Shown piece after piece: positions 51,622 through 64,000 of a stretch of 64,000 nucleotides of DNA. Source of the stretch: Gekko japonicus. Lineage: Eukaryota. Made by a program: the position numbers and the translations under genes. The notes below the pieces were generated by a model. The model saw nothing but the letters and a program-made list of their open reading frames with translations. It made no database searches and had not been told where the DNA came from. The stretch is from NCBI RefSeq assembly GCF_001447785.1, contig NW_015166427.1, positions 823,620-887,619 on the forward strand. Reading direction: 5' to 3'. Each line of letters begins with the position of its first letter. Positions within the stretch are counted from its first letter, which is position 1.

Positions 51622-51990
51622 GTGAGTTTTGACACTGTAAGGATTTTTTCATAGATTGAAGAATATATTTAAAAACTGTACTAAAATTGTTAACTATATG
51701 AATGGCTGTATTTCCCCCCTAACTTTACCCCCCCCCAGTAGTAAGCTTTAGTAGAAGTTGAAACAGGCATTTTCTCTTATATTTCCAGCAACTTGTAGCT
51801 CTCTGAGCTATTTCTTTTTCACCTGCAAAAGACTGAGATACTGTATTTTTTCTCCTGCAGACCACAAACCAGTTTGAGGGAGGGATAATTTGGAAATTAG
51901 ATGAGAAAGGGTTAAGCAGCCCCCCCCCCACTGTTCCTCTTGCCTTAAACTTCTTTGCACAGCTGCTTGTTGATTTTAAATGTGAATAGC

Positions 51991-52559
51991 CAGGGGTCTT
52001 TTTGTAGAAAAAGAGCTGCAGGAGCTCATTAGCATATGCTAATGAGCTACTGGGCTATTAGCATATGCCACACCCCCTGACATCACCGGAAGTGATGGCA
52101 GAAGGGGAAGCAAAAGGGGGGGAGGCATCTTCAAAAGCCTCCCCTCCCCTTGGGGGGGGAGCGAAGAGAGAAGGGGTTTAAACTTTAAACCCCTTCTCAC
52201 TAGAGTTGGGCCACAGGAGGAAAGACAGAAGGAAAGAGAGAGAGTAGAGAGAAGGAAATAAGGGAGGAAAGAGGGAAAGAAACAGAAGGAAAAGGAGGGC
52301 AAGAAAGAGAAGGGAAGAAGGAGGGAAACAGGGAAAGGAGGAAAAAAGAGAAGAAGGCAGGAAAGAAAGAAAGAGGGGAAGAAGGAAGGAAAGAGGGAAA
52401 GGAGAGAAGGAAAGGAGGAAAAGAGAGGAAGGAAGANNNNNNNNNNNNNNNNNNNNNNNNNNNNNNNNNNNNNNNNNNNNNNGACCCGGGGGCGCGGCTT
52501 GCCGCCACTCGCACTGGCGGAGTGGCGCTCCGGAGGGCTCTGGCCCGAAAAGACCCCTG
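51991..52559. mobile_element. hAT-type non-autonomous element with purine-rich interior (spans an N gap)
   Basis: TIR CAGGGGTCTTTTT...AAAAAGACCCCTG; 8-bp TSD TGAATAGC. Confidence 0.85.
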
Positions 52560-54448
52560 TGAATAGCAAAGGTTCTATTGGTATGAGTTGTATTTTTGTT
52601 CTCCCAGTTAAAAGGTCTCCTGCTTTCTAGCTCTTGATGCCTTTATCTGATCGATTCTTGGCTGCTTTTGCTTAATGTGCTGTAATATTACCAATGAGTG
52701 GGACAATTTAGGGCTTGATGGTTTAGTTCTAACAGAGGATGCAGCTGGTCTTTCCCATGCTAGTTCCGCTTTCCTAACTTTCCTCCCTCCTCTTTGCAGC
52801 CTTCCCCTGCTTCCTTCGTTCCATCTCCCTTCTCCCTCTCCTTTTGCTCCTTTTGTCTTTGCCCTCCTGAGCTTCTTTCTTTCCCCTGACTGACTTCAAG
52901 TTTCAGTATGAAACTGCTGCATCCATTTGGGTTAGCTCAAGCAACTACAACTTATCTGAAATTTGTCTAGGTAATCTAGAAAGGCTCCTGAGATCTCTTG
53001 AGGTAATATCACAAGATCTCAGCATTTTAAAACTTTTAAATCTTCTTTTATCCCCTCCTTTATTGTTTAAAGTTTTCTGCAAACCCCACAATTTACAGAA
53101 ACATTATTTCTTCCTGTACCTGGATCTATTGTGTAGACTGTTTGGGGTTGTTCTACCCCAGTTGGGAGCAGGGGATTGCCCGGTTTTTAGGGCTCTCCTG
53201 GTCAGTGGGAGGAAATCCCTCCCAACAGCAATGTCGGGCAATGTGCCTATGTCACCCGGAAGTGACGTAGACACATTGGTGAGGACGCTCTGGTTTTTGG
53301 GTTTGAGGGCAGTTTTACCATAGAATTTTGCCCCCAAACCAGTGTTGCCCCTGATGTGCCTATGTCACTTCCGGGTGACATAGGCATGGCGCGCAACATC
53401 ATTTCTGGGTAACGTCAGCATGTCAGGGGTCACACTTCTGGCTCCCAGAATGTCCCCACACACCCCTGCCAACGTCTTTAATTTAGACTTTTTGATCCAC
53501 ACTCTGGGGTGTGGTTCAGAATTAGATATATAGATGAAAATATCTGAGTAGATCAAATAAAGGATTTGAATTTTAAGGCTTGTACATGCTATGGGATTTC
53601 AAATGGCATCTTGTTGATGCTAATCAGTTGATTATCACTTTATTTTCAAAAGCTTGTTAGTCAGTTCTGCATAGAAACTATATTGGTAGTAGAAGCGAAC
53701 AGTATGTGGTCTATAGTGCACTCTTATGTTAGACCTACTAGCTTATTTGATTTTTAGTACCAAAAAAGTTTCCAGAGATGAGTTTGAATGCTCAAAGGCA
53801 GGAAGAGCCCAAAATTTGTCAAGATTTTCAAAAGGTGATTCAGGGTTATCCTCACTCAGGAATAGTATTCCTAGTAAAAGGTGAAATATTTATGTGATCT
53901 GAAGAGAAACCAGAGGAATATATTATGAGAAAATGGTAGAGTGTTGAGTAGGTTGTTATAGTGGTTTTTAAAGTTATAATGTTACATGATTTTCTTAAAA
54001 ATTCAAGTATTTGAATCAAGGATTGTCCTTTATACTTGCAAAAAATGCCCTTTATACTGTGTTTTGGTAATTTTACCTTTTATTCTTAACACTTTATTCT
54101 TAACACCTGAGCCTTCGGGGAGGGCGGGATATAAATTAAAAAAAAAGAAATAAATAAAACACTTATCCCTTTTTTAATTTTGTATTCCCTCAAAAGTTAA
54201 AAATTATTGTTTTTTTAAAAAAAGGAATAGCATTTCTAGCATCTTCAGTTACGGGAATCTGGGGTTCAGGAAGACTGAGAACCTTCTGATTTAGTAACCG
54301 AGGCTGGGTTACAAGGACTTAACAGTCTGATTTGGTTTGAGGCACGCTCACATGTTTCATACTATAAAATAATCACAGTGCTTTTTGCCAAATATGCTTG
54401 CTGTGGACATTTAAATCAATTACAACCCTTTTGATTCTCAATTTCCAG

Positions 54449-54562
54449 GTCTACCTCCTTATATTGAGTGTAACTACTCTAAGCCTGTTGCTTGCGCCAG
54501 CATTGTGGAGAGCTGCAATTATGAAATGTGTACCGAAACCAGAAAGACGATTGAGCTCTTGA
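54449..54562 (+). CDS. TMCO3: TMCO3 last coding exon
   Basis: ttccag|GTCTAC...TCTTGA; [37 protein letters not shown]. Confidence 0.95.
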   Translation, partial: VYLLILSVTTLSLLLAPALWRAAIMKCVPKPERRLSS

Positions 54563-55884
54563 AGATGTTTATTAAAGAAGCTTCCATGTAGGACATGTCT
54601 CTGTAGTCATTCCATTTCTTACACAGAAAACAAAGTTTTATGTTCCTCTGTTTAGTTAGAAGCTTTACACTGATGAAACAAAATGTAACAATTTTCATAA
54701 AACATGTTCTTGTTCTTAAAACGTGGAAGATCTGTGTTAAATTGGCTTTGCAAAATTGGATTTTTCTAAGAACAAAAAGCAATCTATGAAACTAATCATT
54801 AACTACTGTGCCTTTTTTGATCATTTGCAATCACTGCAGAGAACTGTTCATTTTATGGTGCCTGTGGCACTGCTCTAGAACTTTTCAGTACATTTTTCTA
54901 GTCAATATCAGCTGCAAAACATGTATTTTCTGTGGTATATGAAGGTTAGTTTATTTCAAAGATAATGTTAAACTATTAAATCTATTTAAGGATTTAAAAT
55001 TCATATTCCTAAAGAATGGTGTTTTCTGGTTTATCCATGTCACTGTCTTCTACTTACTGTAACTTTGATTTTTCATACTGTAATTGTTGATTCATAAATA
55101 ATTTATTGTGATTAGAAACAGACCTGTTGTATATGTTATCAAGAATTTCTTGTTTATCACGTTAATTGTTTGAGACCAAAGCTCAACAGAAATTGATTTT
55201 TTTTTGGGGGGGGAGACATATATTTGGGGGGTTGTCTCTTCGCCAGATAGGCGATTAAACAAATAGCAGCAAGAAATAATTTGAGTGTTTTCAGAAACTT
55301 TGTAACTCAGAAAATACATTCTCAGACAGAAGAAAGATAAGTGTTCAGCTATTATACTTTCAATTATAACTGAAAATGTAAATATATGGCTACTGTTATC
55401 CTTTTTGCAATAATGCACTGGTATAGGCAGCTTTCTCTGTTGGTTGAAACATAAATAGTTCCAGCAGTGCTTGCTGAATTCTATACAGAACTTCAGTATT
55501 AAAAACTGAAGCCTCTTTATAGCTGAAATTGATTGACTAATGCTTACCTTTCTAAAAAAATTTAAATGGATGTAAATCTGTAGTATTTCCTACTGGGCAG
55601 TCCTGATAATTTTCCTGAAACCATTCTTTACTGTAAGAAATTTTTGCTTCAGTATACTAAGAACTTTAACTCAGATATTTCTTTTTTTATCTTTAACATG
55701 TCTCTCATATGATATTGTAAAGGTTACTCATGTGGTTTTCCCATTATATCACATCTAAATATAGTGCAAGGAAATCACCATTTATTTATGTGAAACATTT
55801 GTATCCTACCTTTCTGTCCAATCAGGCAGCAAATAATTTAAAAATCAGTAACAATCAACTTTAGAAAGACTGAAGGAATGAATA

Positions 55885-57340
55885 ATTTATTACGGTCCAT
55901 GACCAGATACAAGTTCACACAGAAAATTACACAGAAAATTAGAGCAGATATAGAATTATAGCAGAGTAAAATACATATAAAAGTTAATTAAAATAATTAA
56001 AATACATATAAAGTTAATAAGATAACATCATAAAACAATGTAATTATAAACCTAAAAGTCAACACAGGCCCTATTTAATCAAATTCCAAAATCTAGATCG
56101 GAACTCAGAGCTTAGAAACAGAACTAAAATTTATTGTGTACTCTAATTGCCTGAGCACGGAATTTGGCTGTTGCTTTACTAATAGCTGGTTTTTCATCTG
56201 CTAATAGTTTAAGCATGCCCTGTCTGACACAGTGGTGGATCTATCAACAAGGGACAGAAATGTTGTGTTGTGTATTTCTTTATAAAGCGGGCAGCAAAAA
56301 AACAATGTTCTATAGTTTCCACCTCGGCTAGGGGGCAAGGGGCAGGTCCTCTCAGAATATCGGATTTTCTTCCTTCCAAAAGCCTGGATGGCATGGCGTC
56401 ACATCTGGCCAGTGTAAAAGCCCTCTGATGAGGGGGGGAAATCTAAAGTTTTAAAATATGTAGCCATTATCATGATGTATCTCGTCTCCTCAGAGGCCCT
56501 GAAGTTCGGAGACTTTGTTAAATCTCGCTGGTGGCCCATGTCACAGATCTTTTACTTAAATAAAGATTTAGCCTGATCAAAGGATTGTAACAAAAGAGTG
56601 CCAGGTTGAAAACCCATTTTCCAAGGGCTTCCTCAACTATATGTAACCATCTTGGCAAGAATCTTGCAGTACAAGGGGGAGAAGGCCTTTTGGTATCATA
56701 TATATCTTATTATAAGCCATTGAAAGGCGGATGCCAAGAAAATCCTCACCTCAGTCCTCATTTGGCCAGTTTCTAGACAAAGGAGGAACGCGGGGGGGGG
56801 GGGCTGTAAAATGGCACAAAGAAATTTAGATTGTAACTTTTCAAGTAAATTCAGACTTGTAGCCAATATACCAGTAAAGGTGCCATACAGAAGTTGGGCT
56901 ACTACTTTTGCCTGAAAGAGCTTCAGTGCAGCAGGTACATAGAGACCCCCCCTTAGAACGGTAAACTATCGCATGCATAGTCCTTTCGGCGCACTCTGCT
57001 CTCAATTTACACCTTAAAGACTAACAAGAAGTGAGCAATGACTCATGAAAGCTCTTACCCTGCCACAAATTTTGTTGGTCTTTAAGGTGCTACTGGACCC
57101 TTGCTCTTTTGTAAACAAGAAGGGAGCATCAAATGAAACAAAAGCTTTTTAACGGTGAGGGATGACAGAGGAAGCAAATATGGAAGCAAACTAAGGCATT
57201 TTATATTAATTCTAATTCTCCTCATTTAAAGCAGTCCATTGGTGAATATGGTTGATCATAGAATCTTAATAGACTCCAATGAAATCTTGAAACCTTGTTG
57301 AGCCAAGTGAATGTGGTTTCATATACCATGAGCACTAAAT
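55885..57340 (-). mobile_element. Degenerate non-LTR retrotransposon 3-prime region (clade uncertain)
   Basis: Minus strand AFTLARCDAMPSRLLEGR...CPLAEVETIEHCFF (C-terminal CCHC-like motif); 3-prime end GGTCATGGACCGTAATAAA; upper boundary approximate. Confidence 0.55.
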
Positions 57341-57819
57341 TTTAGAGCAGATGGGGGGTATGCCTGGCCCTATATTTAGGTTACTGACCACCGATTTTTT
57401 TGTTTGCCAATACTCAACTCCTTCTTGATTGAGTCTGCTTTAACAGTTCCATCTTGCTCTGCAAGTCTCTGTTGCATCCTCTTTAAATTTTCCGTATTCT
57501 CTCAGGTAAATAGAATCTCCTTCTCTAGCCCCCTCCCCCCCATTGTAAACCTTTTAAAGACTTCTATGTTTAGGCCTGCACTGCAAGATTTATAGTGTAA
57601 TGCGCTACCCATGCAGCACCAAGTCTGTTGTACTCAATAGTTTTACGTTAGAATAGAGTTCATAGGGTTGCACTGTTAATAACAATTTAGAAATTTAACC
57701 GGGGTAACTCAGTACATAGACCACTTTTAGTCAACGTGTCTGCAAGGCTTCCAAGGGAGCCATAGGAACTAATGGGGGGGGCACTGTGGTACTACAAAGA
57801 AGTTAGCCCTTCCCCCCTC

Positions 57820-58242
57820 ACTCTGAAGTCTCACGGGGCCGCCCTGGGCTGCGCTTGCAAAACAGCAACGGCCAATCTGCCACCTGGCTAGGTCAACAAC
57901 AGCCGAGCGGTCTCGCGCTCTAAATTCCCGCGCGCTCAGCAGTCCGGGAGGAGGAAGGCGTGGTGCCATCGCGAAGGCGCGAAAAGCTTGCGCATGCGCG
58001 CCCTCCCCGATAGGCTGGCTGAAGCGTGTATGTTGGCGATGATGATGAGATGGGGGAGGGAAGCACCAATCTCCCCGCGTGTGCTTATGTGGGGCACGTT
58101 ACACCCCGTGACGTCAGCGCGCAGCGTCACGCCGGAGGGACGCACAAAAGTGTAAGTTTCAATTTTTCTCTCCTTCCTGCCAACCGCCGAAAAGCCCATA
58201 ATTGTGGGGTCATGGCGGGGGGTGGTGGTGGTGAGGGGCCGG
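57820..58242 (+). promoter_or_regulatory. TFDP1: TFDP1 CpG-island promoter and presumed non-coding exon 1
   Basis: CCAAT (57872, 58066), E2F-type TTCCCGCG (57925) and GGCGCGAAAA (57976-57985), NRF1 TGCGCATGCGC (57989), CRE TGACGTCA (58109-58116). CpG-rich sequence continues to about 59900. Confidence 0.8.
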
Positions 58243-58372
58243 AATATAGCACTACTTCCCTCGTTCCTCTTGTGGTGCTCAAACAAGTGAAGAATTAAGT
58301 TCTTGGATTTGGTAACATGGCAAAAGATGCTGGCCTAATTGAAGCTAATGGAGAACTAAAGGTTTTTATAGA
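58243..58372 (+). other. TFDP1: Spliced TFDP1 exon2+exon3 cDNA segment located at the exon 1 / intron 1 boundary
   Basis: 58243-58328 is identical to 60398-60483 and is joined without an intron to GCTGGCCTAATTGAAGCTAATGGAGAACTAAAGGTTTTTATAGA. It reads MAKD|AGLIEANGELKVFI, the N-terminus of DP-1. Confidence 0.9.
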
Positions 58373-60471
58373 AGGAGCGAGAGGGGGCAGGAAAAAGTGA
58401 GCCTTGTCTCGACTGGGCGAAATGTTGGCAGGGGCAGGCAATGATGGCGCTTTGGAGAGAGATGGTCGTGCAGCCCGACCTTAATGCAGGATGCACACGG
58501 AAGCGAGTCTCGCTGAATGCGGCCGGGGAGGGGGGGGAGAGAGAGAGGCTTGCTTCCAGTCAAGCATGCACAGGATTGCAGCCCGATCCTCAACCCGGGA
58601 AGTGGGACTCGTTACTTTCCATGGCGCTTACTCCCCCCAGTTGAGTATCGCAGCCCGATTCTAGCCCAAATTTGACGTGGGAACGAACACCCCGTTAATT
58701 TCAATCGCTTCCCCCNNNNNNNNNNNNNNNNNNNNNNNNNNNNNNNNNNNNNNNNNNNNNNNNNNNNNNNNNNNNNNNNNNNNNNNNNNNNNNNNNNNNN
58801 NNNNNNNNNNNNNNNNNNNNNNNNNNNNNNNNNNNNNNNNNNNNNNNNNNNNNNNNNNNNNNNNNNNNNNNNNNNNNNNNNNNNNNNNNNNNNNNNNNNN
58901 NNNNNNNNNNNNNNNNNNNNNNNNNNNNNNNNNNNNNNNNNNNNNNNNNNNNNNNNNNNNNNNNNNNNNNNNNNNNNNNNNNNNNNNNNNNNNNNNNNNN
59001 NNNNNNNNNNNNNNNNNNNNNNNNNNNNNNNNNNNNNNNNNNNTTTTTTCACTTTGCTCTTCTCCCTCCCGCTAATGATTCCTGGAGGCGAGTTGATTCT
59101 GTCTCATGAAGGGCTCCTGCGACTGGGAAGAAGGGGGAGCAGAGGAAGAAGAAGAACGCCCCATTCTTTCAAAGCAGAGCTACTTTGCCGGGCAGGCGGA
59201 GAGAGAGACGAGAGAAAGAGCCGAAGCGGCGACAGAAACACCTCCTCTCCCCTTTCTCCCCACCCCCGAGGGGGTTTTGAGGAGGGCCGTGCACTGCACA
59301 TGTGCAGTTGGCATCTCTGTCTCTCTCTCTTTTCCGTGCAGAGCGGCGCTGTGGGTGGGGGATTGCTCGGGAGTGTGTGTTGTGGGGGATGGAGTTTGCT
59401 CTCCATTTCTCCTCCTCCACTTCTTCAGGTACTGAGGCGCCTTTGGCGACCGGTGTGTGTGTGGGGGATAAGAGGCTGGCAGCGGCGAGGACAGGTGGGA
59501 GAGGAAGAGGCAGCGGCGGAGCTGCTGCGGGGGAAACGTTTTAGGCGGGACGGTTTGATGCGAAGAAGAGATCCTCTTCCTCCTTTCCCTTCTCTCGTTC
59601 CTCTCCTCCGACCCCTCCTCCCGCTCGCGCCTTTCCCGGGTCGGGTGATACACGAATGAGGGTGAGATTGGCGCATGGGTGGCCCATATCTTTTTTCCTC
59701 AGACGTCAGTTATTACTGGGCTAGACTTCCAGGGCTGTGCTCGGGCTTCTGAGGCCCTGGAGAGGGGGCGGGAAGGTGCAGGAGGCGGGGGCTGGCGGGA
59801 GTTGCTCTGTGAACCATAGATGCTGTTTGCCTGGCTGCTTTTTTTCTTTTTTTGCAGGGGCTCCGAGGATCAACCTCCTTTGCCCTGCTTGTTAGCAGCA
59901 TATGCATTCCCTGGGCCTGCTTGGATGCTTGCTTGGCGAGGCAGTGTGCATTTTGTTCAGGATTGGGGACAGTGTGCTAAGGGGGTGGGCCCCCAGGGCC
60001 TAGCTGCTCTAATGCAGGTCAGGCACAGGCAGTCCCCCTCCTCCCCTTGCACAATACAGGATTAGTTGTGCATGTTTTTATGTATGAAGCATAGTTATGC
60101 TTTTCTGTGCCCTAGTATATGGCTGGAAATTATCTCCCCCCCCCCCTTCAGTGATCCTATGCTGTCAATTCAGGCTTTCTTTTCTGGATGTGCAAAAAGA
60201 AGAAGCCTGATATCTTGAAGTTTGTATTTTCCTCACTTAAGGGAAAGCTGTTGCAAGTCTTTAGTGGTTTTACATTTGATCTCTGCATTTTGTTTTTCAG
60301 CCATTTTGTCAAAAATAAAGAAGTGCCTAACAGTAATCTCCATTTTTTAAATGTTCCACTTCACTAACTTTGTTGTTCTCTTTAACTTTGTTTTTAGAAT
60401 ATAGCACTACTTCCCTCGTTCCTCTTGTGGTGCTCAAACAAGTGAAGAATTAAGTTCTTGGATTTGGTAAC

Positions 60472-60483
60472 ATGGCAAAAGAT
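60472..60483 (+). CDS. TFDP1: TFDP1 first coding exon (exon 60398-60483; encodes MAKD); gene continues beyond the window
   Basis: tttttag|AATATAGC...AACATGGCAAAAGAT|gtaagt with a good polypyrimidine tract; synteny downstream of TMCO3. Confidence 0.92.
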
Positions 60484-62409
60484 GTAAGTAAGTTTGTAAG
60501 AAAATAATTCAGCAGATTACCATTAATGAAATTTGTTCTGGTATTTGTTCTGATCCTATATGTTTGTGTAGCTATAGTTGATTGGTAGTGGGCATTGCAT
60601 TGCTGATGCAGCATCCATCGTAAGGTGAGTGAAGCAGGCTCATTCTGTGCAGTATGAGTGTGGCAGAGCATCTTGATGAGACTGCTTCTGTAACATAATT
60701 GGGTATAGTTGCACTTATGTAACACACAGCCTTGTAGTGCCGTGTAGAGTCCTCCTCTAAACAATAGTGCATTGCTTTGTGCAGCATTGGCATACTGTCT
60801 GGCAGGGTTGGCTTTTACAACACTAACCTTTTGGTTCTGTATCAGGTTAAGCTAAAATGCTAGTAGAATAGCTCGGTTTGCAGCATTGTATCATTGCTGC
60901 TGGCTGCACTTTAGGATAGGAAGATCATGTGCCAAAGTCACTCTTATTTGGGTCCCTAGTATCCCTGCCAAACTTCAATTACGTCCAGTTTTTGCTTGCT
61001 GCTTCACTTGTAAGGAAAATAACACTTTCAAAAGTTGAAAAGGGTTCCATTTTATTTGCTAGCTCACTGCCTCATAGAGTCATGACAGTAATAACGTGCC
61101 TAGCTCTGTTTCCATATAAGGTTTTAAAAAAGAATTTCTATACCACAAAAAGTTTGACTTGGTAAGCTGCAATCAGCTATTTGTCTATAACCTAATTTTT
61201 CAATGATGCTGACTCGGTTGTTCCCTCACTCGTGCCATATGCAGTCCAAGCTGCTTTTCCAATGTTCTGTGTTTCTTAAATAAAAAAAACATATTTTAAA
61301 AAGACTTTTTGATGAGTGAATTATCTTTGATCATATTATAGATTCAAAATGCTAGGTGGTGTGTATGTTTCAAAGTGTGTCCCCTACAATTAACTTTGTT
61401 GTGCTGGAATTGCTTCCTCAGCTCAACAAAGATTATAGGTAGCTGTGTTGCTCTATAGAGAAATTCTGAAACCATCAGTCATCCTAGCAGGACTAACCAA
61501 AATATCACAGAACAATAAAAAAACTAAAGTTTCTTAGAACGCTTCATCAGGCTTGATTGAAAGAATAGCAATATGTGTTGAACTGTTGAAGCCATAATAC
61601 TAGTCTGATTAAGTCCTTGGGTCCTGTTTAAAGCGGCTATTTTGTCTCATTGATTTCCTTGCATTGTTGTGGACCCAAGTTATGATCTTTAAAATGAAAA
61701 CCCAAAACCTGATTGCCATAAATTTAAACTTTTCCTCACCTTTATAGAGCTTGAAAAATGAGCTCAGTTGTAACAGATAATACATATCTCCAAAAGTATA
61801 ATCAGTATGGGCGATCACATTGATTTAAGGTAGTGCTGAGCACCTTGTGACCCTCCAACCCAAACACCACTCACTAGCTGTATGCTGTGGTCTGCTACAT
61901 GCATAGTTTTGTAGACCCATTATAAACAATAAGAGGTACACTACCCTACACAGAGCAAGTCATAGCCTATCTCAGTTTGGTAGGTCACAAGTTTTGTGCT
62001 ACTTATAATTTATATTATAAAGAAAAAAAGACTTAATTTAAAATATTTAAATCAAGTTTCCCATTTTAAAATTCCTTACTCTTTTAAACAAGCATCTCCC
62101 TTATAAATAATAGCCGAATGGTGGCGGCACTTCTCTAGAACATTCCACACTCTCCAAAATCAGTTCGCTCTCTGATCTGTCATTCAGAGGGTCTCCCTAT
62201 CTACTGGCTGCTTTGCCTGAGTCCTGCCTCCAACATTCTAAACAGTTTGCTAATCCTCTCCCCCTCATAGCCAGTCAGAACACAGAGGTTATTTGCATAT
62301 GCAGCCTCATTAGCCTCTGCCTCGGAACACAGAGGTCGTTTGTATATGCGACTTGATTGGCTTTTGCCTCTAACATTCTAAACAGTTTTGCTCTTCTGAG
62401 GTAAAATGT

Positions 62410-62930
62410 GTCCAATCTCCAGGTGAGGGCTGGAGATCACTCAGAATTACAACTGCTTTCCTGATGGCAGAGATCAGTTCCCCTGGAGACAATGGTGGTC
62501 TCTGTATCCTTATATGCTGCTGAGGTGGCCCTCGTATGACAGCCAATGTGACGTAGCAGTCAGGGCTTCAGAGCACGGGAGAGGCTGCAGGTGTGTGTGG
62601 GGTGGAAAGCTGAAGAGTGAGGGGGAAATAAAGGTAGGTTGATGATTGGCTAGGAAGGAGATAGGGTTGCCAACTCCAGGTGGGAAATTCCTCGAAATAT
62701 GAGGGATGGAGCCTGGAGAGGGTGAGGTTTCAGGAGGCGTGGGACCTCGGACAGGTACAAAGCCATAGACTCCACCCTCCAAACCAACTATTCCCTTCTG
62801 GGGAACCATCATTGCCAATCTCCAGGTGAGGGCTGGAGATCACTCAAAATTACAACTGTTCTTTAGGTAGCAGAGATCAGTTCCTCTGGAGAAAATGATG
62901 GACTCAGTGTCATTATACCCTGCTGAGGTC
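62410..62930. mobile_element. Cluster of hAT MITE fragments (3124 family)
   Basis: CCAATCTCCAGGTGAGGGCTGGAGATCACTC at about 62412 and 62815; TAGGGTTGCCAACTCCAGG at 62662. Confidence 0.65.
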
Positions 62931-64000
62931 GCCACAGCAAATTGACACTGAGTGTCCCAAGGCCGGGGCACCTGCCCAGAGCCTCTTTCTACAGGCCGTT
63001 GTATTTATTTCCACAACGGGCCTTTTTCCTAGTATATAATAATTGCTTGCTGTCATAATTTAAAATACCTTAATTTATTACTAGAGGGCCTTTATATGAT
63101 CTAGGACCATATTCCAGTACCTTTGGTCAGGAAGCTCATGTGACCTGGAAAAATTATACCTCCTTAGAAACAAAACCCCCCAGATTTCTGCCTAGTGGTC
63201 TCTGATAGATGCAGAGATCCTAAACAGATGGTGTAATTTCTAAAGTACAAAGTGTCTTGGGCATGCTTATTTGGAAGTAAATTCATTTGAGTAAAGTGGG
63301 ACTTGCTTCTAAGTAAGTGTAGAAAAGGTTTGCTGTAAGTGTCCAGACCTTTCTGTGAAAAAAGACTGGAAGTGACAGGACAAAATAATGTTTCTCAAGA
63401 AATGAGAAGTAAATGTCTGTGCTTATTAGTCATAAATATTCATAATTTGAGAACTGAACATGTTGCATAACTTTTGAAGGGATAAAATAAAATAGGAGCA
63501 TGTGCTGTCTTCTTGGTAATAAATAGGATGGTGTTTCCTGAATCCTACCATCCAGGTAATGGATTCAGTGGAAGTTTATAATACTAAACACAATCCATGG
63601 CATATTGTTTAATTTACAACAATTACACAGAAGAGGAATCTTTTTCTCATATCAAAACGTAGCCTTTAGCTATCTTTTTCATGATTCAATGTTAAGAGAT
63701 TTTTGGAAGGTTCTAATGGATTTGTATTAAATTCAGATTTTCTTTTAAATCAAGTTGTTTTTAAAAAAGAAAATACAATTAGATTTTTTTTAAAGTCTGA
63801 TTTTTTTTTTTAAAGAAAATACAATTAGAATTTTAAAAAATAAGTCTGATTTAAATACTAGGGAGGGTGTGTGTATGTGTACATATACTGAATTTTGTCT
63901 GTCCTGTTTAGAGCCATGCAGTTGCATGTTCTTATAAAAGCAGAGAAAACAAAATTAAGGATCTGAGTGTCCATTTCAAAATGTATTGTTGCCTGCCTGC

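Larger units (their letters stand above)
26548..54562 (+). other. TMCO3: TMCO3 gene span (coiled-coil N-terminus plus CPA2-type cation/H+ antiporter domain), 12 coding exons, about 678 aa once the 38-nt exon-9 insertion is excluded
   Basis: All exons have GT-AG boundaries with compatible phases, and the translation follows vertebrate TMCO3 from KLHRGKG to [12 protein letters not shown]. Confidence 0.95.

Noticed and set aside
52039-52569. 176-aa Phe/Leu/Ser/Pro-rich ORF
   Set aside because: Translation of a purine/pyrimidine low-complexity tract plus Ns inside a hAT element
26548-54562. TMCO3 as a pseudogene
   Set aside because: Only one lesion, itself suspicious of artefact; all other exons and splice sites are intact and conserved
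58243-58400. Processed TFDP1 pseudogene
   Set aside because: No poly(A) or TSD, 5-prime rather than 3-prime portion, and located in register at its own locus
59054-59676. Overlapping ORFs of 80-201 aa in TFDP1 intron 1
   Set aside because: GC-rich island sequence open in several frames; no recognisable homology

Overview
Vertebrate genomic DNA from a gapped draft assembly. The Sauria SINEs and 5S-derived SINEs indicate a squamate reptile, possibly a gecko. Gene order matches the conserved block on human 13q34. DCUN1D2 lies on the minus strand (six coding exons traced at 21987-5776 plus a candidate ATG-only first exon; 259 aa). It is head-to-head with TMCO3 across a CpG-island promoter carrying ZNF143-type motifs. 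TMCO3 is on the plus strand (12 coding exons, 26548-54562; about 678 aa). The promoter and first coding exon of TFDP1 follow on the plus strand. The most striking observation is exonic sequence misplaced within its own gene at two loci. (1) A 130-nt spliced TFDP1 exon2-exon3 cDNA segment sits directly after the presumed exon 1 (58243-58372), while the true exon 2 is still present at 60398-60483. (2) A 30-nt copy of TMCO3 exon 10 is inserted in exon 9 with a 7-nt duplication, creating a premature stop. Either RNA-templated repair or RNA-seq-based assembly polishing could explain this; the artefact is more parsimonious. Also present are a decayed Ngaro-type tyrosine-recombinase retrotransposon with an SGNH hydrolase, Penelope-type relics with minimal hammerhead cores, a tail-swapped 5S-derived SINE, many hAT/TcMar MITEs with clean TSDs, and a cluster of short tandem duplications. 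Protein and repeat-family identifications come from recalled sequences and motifs, not database searches.
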